Shown piece by piece: positions 42,301 to 53,200 of a stretch of DNA of 64,000 nucleotides (position 1 is its first letter; each line of letters starts with the position of its first letter). Source of the stretch: Lytechinus pictus (lineage: Eukaryota). Location of the stretch: positions 37,698,001-37,762,000 of the forward strand of contig NC_087251.1 of assembly GCF_037042905.1 (NCBI RefSeq), written 5' to 3'. Below the pieces are notes generated by a model that saw only the letters and a list, made by a program, of their open reading frames with translations, searched no databases and was not told the DNA's origin. The position numbers and the translations under genes are program-made.

Positions 42301-43902
42301 AGCTTTTTTTGCAAAGCTGTGACTTATTGGGAAAAGTTGCAAATTTATTTGTATTATTTCTTTTAGTACAATCAAGTGGGAGGTTTCTGGTACAACAAAC
42401 CTGAAATTACTTATTTGGCAGTTCTTAGCAGTTTTGCTAGGAATAAGAACACCTGGGGCCCATTTCATAAAGGACTTGCAACTGTTGTAACTTTGCCATT
42501 ATGGCAACTACCATGGCAACAGGGCTCAGCCAGCAGCCAATCAAAATCAAGATTGCCATGGTAGTTGCCATTATGGCAAAGTTACAATTGTAACTCTATG
42601 AAACGGGCCCCAGGTTCTACAGCTTTAAATACATGTAAAAGAATAAAATGTTATATTAATGGGATAAAACCAGGGACAATGCAGATTTTGTGTATCAATT
42701 GCACTCAATTCAACACATTCATTGAGAAATGTATAAAGATAAATGCACATTTTGGCAAAGTGAAAGGGCATTCGATCTATATGTATGGTTGTTGCCATGA
42801 TTTAATGAAGATTGGCAGTGAGCATTTTCTGTGCATTATTGAACCTTTCTCAGATCCCAGATGCAAGCTATGTGATGTGCCCTTGAGGTTGAAGATGCTC
42901 TTCATCTCCTTGCCTCTAGCCCTGTTTTTCTGGAACATCGCCTTAATCTCATTCGTCTTGCTGAAAACCTAAACCTGACCATATCATAGCAGACCTAAAG
43001 GATGGTGACCATCTGATCTTTTCAACCTCCATCCTCTTCCCCTCTCAGTCATTACCCTCTTCATCCTCCTCTTTTTTTTGTCTATGCTTGAAGTTTATTT
43101 TAAAAATTCACCTTGTCCAGCAGCATTGACTGGAAAGGCCCAATTAGAAGCGTCAAAATCTCAACCAACTGCGGTTCTCCGCACCTCTGAGGAAGGGAAT
43201 CTAAAAAGGTACATGGGAGCGAGCACATCCGCGTTGCAATGGTTAGATACGCGATGGTTATGTCTTTAATTTATATACGCTTTTCACAAGATCAAATTTT
43301 ATCCGACAGATAAAAATTAAAATGTCATCTCAGAATACAAATTTCATTTTAAGAGATAAAATATTTTCAAAGAAAAAATGTCCTCAGAATTCAAATTTCA
43401 TTTAAAGAGATAAAATAAAATGTTTTTATTTTTTTAAAGAAAAATGTAATCAGAATACCATCGTTCAGCATCGACACACCGTTTCAAGTCAGACAAAACG
43501 ATTATTTTTTGTTTTTACTGGATGCTAATTTTTTTTTTTTTTTTTTTTTTTAATCTTCTTTTTTTTTCATGGAAAAGAACTTGAATGAGTGTTAGGACCT
43601 TCGGGTCTGACCCTGACTAGACACTGAATGAAAAAATCAATGTAGAAGTGGCCATTTTTCCACGGTTACCCCCGTGATTCTTACCACCGCCACCTTACCG
43701 AGTTGCCCCCATACCCAGGCCCCTGAGCTCCCCGCGACTTCGGCGCAACGGAACAAGAGCTCCCTCGTCCCTGACATTCACCGCGTCACATAGCAACTCA
43801 TCTCAGTTCTCACTACCACTCGTCTCGGCTTATTCCCTCTTAAAGAAACATCGTTAATTTTCAATAAAATAGTGTCATGAGGAATAAAATACTTACGGCC
43901 AT
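33384..43902 (-). CDS. DNAL1: Dynein axonemal light chain 1 (leucine-rich-repeat outer-arm dynein light chain); complete, 9 coding exons, 203 aa
   Basis: Minus-strand exons 43897-43902 (MA), 40445-40489 ([15 protein letters not shown]), 39661-39794, 39173-39228, 38502-38557, 37560-37649, 36243-36333, 34034-34120, 33384-33430 (TGA); 612 nt in total, all GT-AG. The translation contains [89 protein letters not shown] and LKKLDG, matching DNAL1. Confidence 0.96.
33813..33964. mobile_element. Short Harbinger-like MITE
   Basis: GGCCCCGTTGCATAAAA ... TTTTATGCAACAGGGCCC; similar to 42455-42611. Confidence 0.7.
34696..35880 (-). mobile_element. Helentron-associated (HINE/DINE-1/Tsp-pearl-like) element with ~163-bp core tandem repeats
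   Basis: Subterminal inverted repeat GTCTCGCCTGCA near both ends, (GGC)n microsatellite, about 7 cores (period 163 bp: 35101, 35264, 35427), inserted in an A/T run without a TSD; same family as 55911-56499. Confidence 0.8.
36887..37196. mobile_element. PIF/Harbinger-like MITE with ~60-bp TIRs
   Basis: GGTCCGTATTCTGAAGTCGGGTTTAACTTAAACTCAGGTTTAAAGTTGTGGTTTAAGTATGG and its near-perfect reverse complement at about 37135-37196. Confidence 0.8.
42455..42611. mobile_element. Short Harbinger-like MITE
   Basis: GGGGCCCATTTCATA ... TATGAAACGGGCCCC; internal palindromic CCATGGCAAC motifs. Confidence 0.7.
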
Positions 43903-44221
43903 TTCTTGCAACAAGTTTATTAGTCAAGAGATGAATAAATTTGTGAAGTAGAAGACTTCAAATAGCGGAAAAATCTGCAGCGACTCGACACACCGACAGT
44001 GGTGAGTGTCCATAGAAACGAAATGAAGATTACAATATACGTCTCTCGTTCTAGTTTCTTTGTTATCTGTATAATTTTATCGATATTAGAAAAAAAATTA
44101 CAAAAATTATGTTCACAAAAAATAATAAATAAAATTTATGATTTTTTACAAATCAAATAATTTTTTTTTTAGAGAAAATGAATAATTTTATTATCTTTTT
44201 TTGAATAGTCACAAATTCAAG
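43903..44221. promoter_or_regulatory. Bidirectional promoter / 5'UTR region between DNAL1 and MRPS10
   Basis: Divergent ATGs at 43902 (-) and 44222 (+). X-box-like GTGTCCATAGAAAC at 44006-44019. YY1-type CAAGATGGCG overlaps the MRPS10 ATG. The flanking DNA is locally CpG-enriched. Confidence 0.7.
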
Positions 44222-47200
44222 ATGGCGACTACCACTTGTAAAATAGTTCAAATTTTGAGACGTCCATTATCAACGATTTGGAGTTCTGTGAGTCAGATGG
44301 GTTTATATTTTTTAATACAAGAAAGAAATAGTATTTTTTTATTACTCTTACTACCTATTAGTTACGATTTATCAGGAATTTTTGACTGAGCTATCTTTTT
44401 TTTTTTACCGTAGTCGCATTGCCATTGTCCCATGTACTTGTATCGGTGTCAGTATTATACAACAACACGACATACCTCCACTGTTTTGGAGATTCCCAGA
44501 AACAAATAAAACAATCCCCAGTCCGGAAAATTTGAGATTCAGCATCAAGTTGGAGTGGTGGTCATGAATTTTATGTAGAAAAAAGAGAGATTTGAGTAGA
44601 CACTTCAGCCGGGCGGGCGATCGCGCGGACACGGCGCTAGACGTAGATTTTTGCATTGCAGTGAATGGCGAGCGCATATCTAACACACACAGTTCGCTCC
44701 GCTCGGCACTTTGGCCGAGCGCTGGAGTTGCATTCGGCATTGCTCGAAAAGACAGAGTCAGTTTCTTCCTTTAAAGGCTTTATTCCGCTGATTTTGATTG
44801 GTCAAAAATTCCCGCGGATGCTTCGTACATCAGACTTTGGTAAACATCGGAAATATACAAGACGGAGTATCACTTACCTTCATGCGAGGGAAGGACCTAA
44901 TAATAATATTCAGGTATTTTTCTTTGCTTGAAATCACCTTCTTGTAATCATCGGATCCCTTGTAAACTCGGTCAGTAATAAAATTGTATATTTGAGAACA
45001 TTTTGTTAAATTCTAATCAAATTTGGTCCGTAGAGAGCCTGCGGATATGAGCTTCAGTTTTGAGTGTCATGAGGTGTTTGTGAATCTGACTCGGCCGATT
45101 GGTCGATGGAACAGGGTTGTTTTGAGCGTATATGAACAGCTGTGAGTGACGTCATCCCCACTGCGTTGGGCCTGAGATTAGTCTTGGTATTCAGACACAG
45201 TATGTTTCAGCCGTTGTATATTTTTTTAAATTACGATTTGAGCTCTGTTAATTATGAAAATCAAATTGTTATTTTGAAAATAATTTTGTAGAATTCGTGT
45301 GAAATAAGTATTAAGAGCAAAACTGCAAGTAAACTTCAAGAATTTTGTTTGATAAGTGATTTTTTTTTTGGAATGCGTCTGAATGTCTAGAATATGGTAT
45401 TGTTAATGAAAGACGTATTTTTGAATGGCACAGAAAGCTCCTTTCATGAATTTAATTTAGAAATAGGTTTGCATACATGAGATGTGTTTCATGAATTTGA
45501 TATCTGATTTATGGACCTTTGTTATGGTGTTGATTATTATTTTGAAGATATGAAAAAATAAGAGAAGACAATAATGAGGCAACAGTGATGATGAGACATT
45601 AATAATATGAGACAATAAATATTGAGACAATTATAATAATTATTATTACAATAATAATTATTATGATTATAATGATAACAATTATAATTATAATGATTTA
45701 TTGAGATAATGTTAATGAGACATCAATTCTAGTATTTATTGACAATAATAATTATTACAGTAATCATTATTATAGTAAAATAATTGTAATGATAACAATT
45801 ATAATGATGTAATTTGAATTGTAATAATTACTGAGACAATAATATTAATGAGATAACAATAATAATCATTATGATAATAATACTTATTTATAATTAAAAT
45901 AAATATAATTGTAGAAATAATTATAATTATAGTTATTATAATTATTGAGACAATAATAACTATTATTACAATAACAATAATTATTATAAAATAATTATAA
46001 TGATAACAATTATAATGAAAGTAATTATAATTGTAATAATTACTGAGACAGTAATATTGAAAGGTCATCAATAATTATTTTTATAAAAATTATTATGATT
46101 ATAAAAATAATCATAATTCTAATTAAAGGCCTTATAATTATTGAGACAATAATAACTATTATTACAATAATAATAATTATCATAAAATAATTATGATAAC
46201 AATTATAATGAAAACAATTATAATGAAAGTAATTGTACTTGTAATAATTACTGAGACAGTAATATTGATAAGTCATCAATGATGATTATTATTATAGAAA
46301 TTATTATAATTATAATTATAAAAATAATCATAATAATAATTAAAGGCCTTATAATTATTGAGACAATAATAATTATTATTTCAATAATAATTATTATTAT
46401 GAAATAATTATAACAATAATTACTATGATGATAGTAATTATAATTGTAATAATTATTTAGAAAATAATATTAATGAAACAAAAATAATCATCATGATAAT
46501 AATAATTATTATAATTATAATAATAATTGGGACAATAATGAAACGATGATGAGACAATAATAATATCAACAATTTTATTGAGACCACAATAACAAGACAA
46601 TAATGAGATAATAGACAATTGAAATCAATCTGTTTTTATTTTTTGATAGAAATCCTAAGATTATTATTTTAATTCGCTTTCTTTGATTACAAATAATATT
46701 CATTGAAAACTTAATTTCTAATGTTCAAGCAAAGAAAATCAATATCAAGTCATGTTTACCCTGTGCACAAATCTACCACAGGGCAATTACCCCCGAAATA
46801 GGGTTAGGTTAGGTTAGGTGTAGATTTTTGGATAGGGGTACAGACTACAGTGTAGTTGTCCGGGGGGGGGGGGGGGGGGTAATTGTCCAGGGTGGGGGGT
46901 GGGGGAGGGGAATTGTCCGGGGGTGGGGGTGGGGGGTTATCGTCCAGGGGTAGTTGCCCTTGAACCAAAGAAATCATATGCCAATATGTCAAATCAATCT
47001 GAGTACTTTAAGATTTAAATAAAAAGCTTGTACAATTCCCCATAAGCTATGTATTATAAATGTGCCATGCCCAAAACAAAGAGAATAATAAGATTTCGTC
47101 TTCTTTTGTCCACAAAAAGCCCTGTTTTTTCATCACAAATATGACAATAACTTGACTTCTAGATATCGGAATTTGAAAATTCAAACAGTTTTGTGAATCG

Positions 47201-50200
47201 TAGATATTGAGCCTCATTGTGAGTCTATCAAATATGCTGGAACAGCCTTTCCTAATTTTCACCTGAAGTGCCTAATTTGAGGAGCAGACTTCACTTCGGA
47301 AGGGAGACCAGGCCAGGGCTCCGTAACACCACTCATTCAATGAACAAGGTTATGATATATACACAACAAAAAAAGTAAGTCCCCCCTAAATCAAATTGCT
47401 GTAACTTTTGAACGGAGTTATTTTGAGATATGATATTTCGTAGGTGGTTTTCTACACTCATTAAGCAACTCCTGGGAAAAAAATTAGATTGATCACTTGA
47501 GTCATGCATGAGTAATTAAAGATTGAATTAAAAATGACCATTTTTGAAAGTCACAAGAGTCGTTTTTCAGATTGTGCAAATACAAAGTTGGGCAATAGTT
47601 GTTTTTAGGTGAATTTTATGGTGTTATGCTGTTTTGCTATCCATCATTTAGCCAATCCACACACAATTTTGATATCGTATGTTCATGGTTGAGTGAGCAC
47701 AATATTGCAGGGGCTGCGGAAGCGGGGGTGGGGGGGCATATTTTTTCCAAAATCATGTAAAAAAATGTAAAAATGACCATACGATTGTGACTTTTTGCAT
47801 GGTCAGCCCCCCCCCCCCCTTTGGTTCAGCCCCTCCCCCACACTTTGAAAACCGTTCCCCGGTCCCTGTAGGGGGTTTTGGTAGTATCCTCGACAACTTT
47901 TTATAGGACATAGGTCATATTAAAATTTGAAAATGTTTGTGGCTCCCCCGATTATAGGCCCCTCCCCCATTTTTAAATTCTGGATCCACCACTGATTTGT
48001 CCATAAGTTAAACTGATCATGAGAAATTGTTAGGCAAAGAATACATTTATGCAGTATAAAGAGTATTCATTCCTAAGTTTTCGAATGTGCTCGCTCAACC
48101 ATGAAAATGTTCAGTTCGTTAAGTGTGTGGTGATAGAAATGATGGATGATAAAAACAGCAGCAATTAAAGTCACATTTGAAACCGAATTTGCCCCCAATA
48201 TTCACCTTATTACCCTTTAAAATGAGTCTGTGACATTGGAAATTCCCATTTTCTCACTTTGATGCGTGCTCACTCATCCGTAAATAAACAAATCGATTTC
48301 ATTTTTGCACAGAATTCTGCCCATAGGTTGATAAACATTACTGCCAAATGACATTGCTAAAGACAGCCTTGAATAAAAGTTCCACCATATTGAACAAGGG
48401 GTTACTTATTCTTAAACATGTGCACCCATAATGTACACAAGTCTATGAGAGAGGAAGTCAAAATTTTAACAAATATGAAATAAGGGGTTTGTTTCATCGA
48501 CGGTTTTTGTTACTTCTGCCAACAGTTATTTCATGAAACTTCGCACATGGCTTCAGAGTAACACTATCCAAAAGGCGCGCACACCAAAATAACAATTCGA
48601 TACGGCACAGAATGGGGCCAAGGCCTTCAACTTTCTTCTCATTTGCATAATTTTCGAATATTGTGTGCTCACTGATGCATTAAACATCGGGATTTTCATA
48701 AAAATCAAATCAAATGAACCATGCAAGGAGGTTTGTGACAGATATCCATAGTTACAAGTTGCATCTTTTCCAATAACGTAAAAAAGAGCTAATCACATTC
48801 CACATGTTCATTCAAGCGTGAATGATTAATTAAACGCCTTTGAATCATTGAAGCATGTTAATTGGTCATGAACATAACGAAAAAGTTGATAAAAGATCAG
48901 TTTCAGTTACCAAAATGAAACAATACTTGCCTATGATATTTGGAAATCGTATTTTTTGTTTTCAATAAATGTTCATTGAACCGTGAAACGATGAATATTG
49001 TTGAAGATACTCTTCCTAAAAATAACTGTCATCATATTCGATCCTTTTTATTGATGAAAATGTGTAAAAAATCAAATTATAGCAAATTTGGACTTGTGTT
49101 TATTCAACCGTGAAATTTAGCCCCAAAAAATGTATCGTCTTTTAGATAGTACCTTTTGACTTCTGACTATTTTTCATGATGAGAATACGGAATCAGTTCC
49201 AATAAAATGGAATCAAAGTCATGATTTTTGGCTTGTGACTTTTGAAAAGTGACATTTTTGCCTTCTGACGGTGCTCACTGAAGCATGACGTAAAATACGT
49301 CCATGACATTTACTCAGAGGGTAGCTTATAAAATTACCTACACGCTCATGTAAAAATATATCAAAAACTCGCATTGGTTCAGAAATTATTGATGTTTGTT
49401 CAAGGGGGGACTTACTTTTTTTGTTGTGTATATTATAACCTTGTTCTCTGTTGTATCTCCATGTGTGGCAAAATAAGGGTGGCAATGTTTGGCTTATTTT
49501 CTCTTTTTCTTTGGGACAAATGCTTGATTTTTTTACACTGACAGTTTCCATTATGCCTATTCATCATACAACTTGGCTCTTAAGTAAATTTGATTCTTTA
49601 AATTATTTTTTTCTTAATTTAAAATAGAGATTGAAAAATGAACATTTTCTTGCCATACATACTTTCCACCAATAGAGGGCGTACACAAAAATATGCCCAA
49701 AATTCAAGTTTTTGAGCGCTCTGGTGAATACAAAAATTATTCCCAAGTTACTAATGCAAAATAAATTGCAACTGTAAGGAAATTATTAATTTTGGTCACA
49801 AAAGTGATATTTTAATGATTTTTGAAGTGTGTGCTCTGTACAGCATTGGCATACCATAGTCCTAATTGTAGATTCCCCACAGGCAGGTTGGTTGCAGTGG
49901 ACAAGTGCGTAACACAAAGATTAGCGATCAATCGCTAAATGGACTGACCAATCAAGATCAATGTTACACGCGCGTTTGGTTAAAAATACTGACCAGGAAC
50001 CAATCAGAAGTATTCTTTCATATTTGCCATTCATCGCTAAGCTTTGTGTTACGGAGCCCAATTTGATTGGTTAATAAGGTAGCATTTTCATCTCTCTCTC
50101 TCTCTTAGGTGATCCCTCCACTGTTTTGGAGATTCTCAGAAACAAATAGAACAATTCCCAGTGCATGTGAAAACCACAGACACAATAATGCGAATTGACT

Positions 50201-53200
50201 AAGACTAAGTTAAGCCTTTTAAGGGTAAAAGTTCTTGGCTTTTTTAGACTCAGTCAGAGTAATAACTAGATTAGACAGCTGGCAGCCGTCTGTTTCTAGG
50301 AGTTTTTAACATTTTTATATTTTTTTTAATTTCTCCTCATATATCGTACACAGACGGCTCCCTATCGTGCAGCCACCATTAGGGGGTTAACAATGCAAAA
50401 TCCCCCCCCCCCCCCCCGACGGGGCTCATCGATTTTTGTCTTTATTTCATAAAAATATTTAAAATGAACTGTACCAAAATAAAGTGCCAGCTTTGTAACA
50501 AGGAAGATGAAGATGCAGATCATTTTGTTGGATCCTGTGCCTATTTCTTATCTCACAGAGAAGACCTTCTTACAAGACTGAAAAGAAGGCATATGCAAGA
50601 TGAAATATTATGCCTATATGACCCCATCAAGAAAAACAATTATAGTAGAGTGGTACTCTTACCAAGCTCTCTCTTCAGTTTGCTGTCAGCTTGTAACAGA
50701 TACTCTGTTATTTTTATATAAACTTCATAAGAAACGTATCTCTTTCCTGTCCTCAATGAATTGATTATGTAATTTAATCTTCAAATGCAATGTACTGGAT
50801 GGATGGATTACGTCATACTGCATTTTGGTGCTGATCTCCAATAAAAGCGGAGGAAGAACAAGAAGAAGAAGAAAAAGATTATTATTACGTTTTGGCCTGA
50901 AATGCACCAAAACGGGGAAAAAATCAACTTAAAAGGGGGAAAAACAGTGACTTACTTCGGCTGTCGCGCAACTCCCACTTCCCTGGTTGATCCGAACTTA
51001 ATACATAAACATATGGCCATTGAGTCCCTGTACAGATCGAGCTACAACTTCGATCTCTGTATTTGGTGAGTGGAGCCAACGGAGTTCAGCGGAACAACCA
51101 ACATAACAGAGACCGAAGCTTTTGGTCTATAACTAGATCTGAGTTGTAACTTAGACTTGTTCATGGAATAAGTGCTCAGTTGTAGATCAAAGTAGGGAAG
51201 GAGTTCCAACTTCCATGATCATGACTTCATGTCCATATTGCCAAGCCGACCTCCAAAGAGGCATTATTATTACTCAACTCAGCCTCAAGTTAGTTCTAGG
51301 TCTAACATTAATTTTAAGCCTCGGCTGAGCCTGAGGAAAAAAAATTCCATTAAAAAATCCTCCTATTTCCTAGTTCTTCTTTTCTACTTTGTTCATTATT
51401 AAAATCTGTTGGTACTTCAAGACGTGGTGAAGTCTTTTAGGGAAGGGATTCTTTTGGACATACCACCGTAGGGGCTGATTTAGTTTGTGCTCCAAGAGCA
51501 TCAATTTGGCATGAACTTCCCGAGTCTTCGTTGGACCTGATTAAGTTATTGTCTGTTCCTTTTTTTGTGAACACTTTTGTGGAGTTGGCATATATGTAAT
51601 AGTTTTGTTTTGTCTAGGGTTTTTTTTTGTGCTTTTGTTGTCTCAATTTTAGTGTAATTTCTATGTTATTTCATTTTAAGTAATTGGCTTGGTGTTTATA
51701 AGGTTTGTCCTTTCTTGCCACTGCCCTCACTCATGCTCACTATATTTTTACTGTGTGTTTATGTAAAGTATTGTATATGTTTATATGTTCCTATGTTGAT
51801 TGCTTTTTATGAGTGAAAAATAAATGCCTATCTCTTCCTGTTTCAGAAAGCCTCCCTAGTGAAGACAGTCCCCCAAACTCAAGACTTGGTCAGATTTCAT
51901 TCACAGTTATCAAGGTATGCATTGCACTCTTTTCAATCCAAAACCATTTATTGTATAATTGGTGTCAATTGACTATTCATTAAGTTTTAGAAAAGCATGT
52001 CTGTGAATATGTGTTATCAAAAACATTTGTAAAAATTCTTCTTGAAAGTTGAATTGAAAATTCTCAGATAGGCATCAATATATAATTTACCCTTTGAACC
52101 ATATTTGTACTTACTTCTGCCATTTAACTCACTCTGGAACATGTTAAGCCTTTTTCAGTTCAATTCAATTGAGTGCACTACTAGGACTCTTATAATATGT
52201 TCCCTTTCTTTTTCAGATTAGTGTATCTGAAGAATGGATTGTCTCTGGGAAGGTGTTTGTTTAGTTATCCTACAGGTAACTTTAATTAACTTGATACGCT
52301 AGATTTCATTCTTTGTGAATTATGTTGCATTTGAAAATTTACTTTTCTGTTTCATAAAGCTATTCATAAGTTAAGAGCGAGTTTAAGAACAACCGGTGTT
52401 CCTTTCTTGTGGTAAAAGGTGTACACCAAAATGTTCGTTGGTGATGGGTTGGCGCGTAAGAAAGGATTACCAGTCGCTCTTAACTTACGATCAGCTTTAT
52501 GAAACGGGTTGCCCCCAGATATATTCAATGTTTTATTCAACCAATGGAAGTCCATGTATATGATTGTTGCAATTAGAGATTAGAAGTGAGATTTCAAACT
52601 AGAATTTATATTGTTAATCAGAGTGTTTTTTTAATGCCATATGCTTATTTAAAAAATTAAGATGCGTGATGAGGTTAATGTTGATTGATTGATTGATTTC
52701 ATTTATTTTCCATTAATAATATACAAAGTCAAGAATATACAAACAAACATTACAAAGTATAAAAATGAGACATTGTACATATGACGTATCATATACATAC
52801 TTTGAAAAAATACACAACAGTTCATTATATGTATATATATATCAGGAAAATTGGATGCCCATGAAAGCAGTATGCTTGTTAAGTTGGGTCACCCCAACAA
52901 AAAATGTGATCTAATTTGGCAAATTTTGAGGGTTTTTTTTTTAAATTGTAATGTGGTTTAATGTGGTGTGGTACATTAAAAGGAATAAAGATGGAATTAT
53001 AGGTTACAATATTCCCTTTTGTGCTGTCAAAACAGCAATAGGCTTCTACAATTTATGAATTAATGTAATTCATGTATTTGATTGTTTTGATTAACACTGT
53101 ATTGAGTTGATTTTGTTTGTATTCATCTATTCCTCTTTTTGCCAGGCTCAACACTACCAAAACCAACACTTGTTGCGCAATGTGTAAGACTGAGTAGTTC

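Noticed and set aside
42780..43270. Purine-rich, coding-looking minus-strand stretch in DNAL1 intron 1
   Set aside because: Only a short frame stays open, with no recognisable domain and no compatible splice pair; possibly a decayed transposon fragment.
45799..46279. Duplicated Ile/Tyr-rich hydrophobic ORFs
   Set aside because: Translations of the AAT low-complexity array.
47362..49428. Autonomous transposase gene in the 2-kb TIR element
   Set aside because: No long ORF or DDE motif is visible in any frame.
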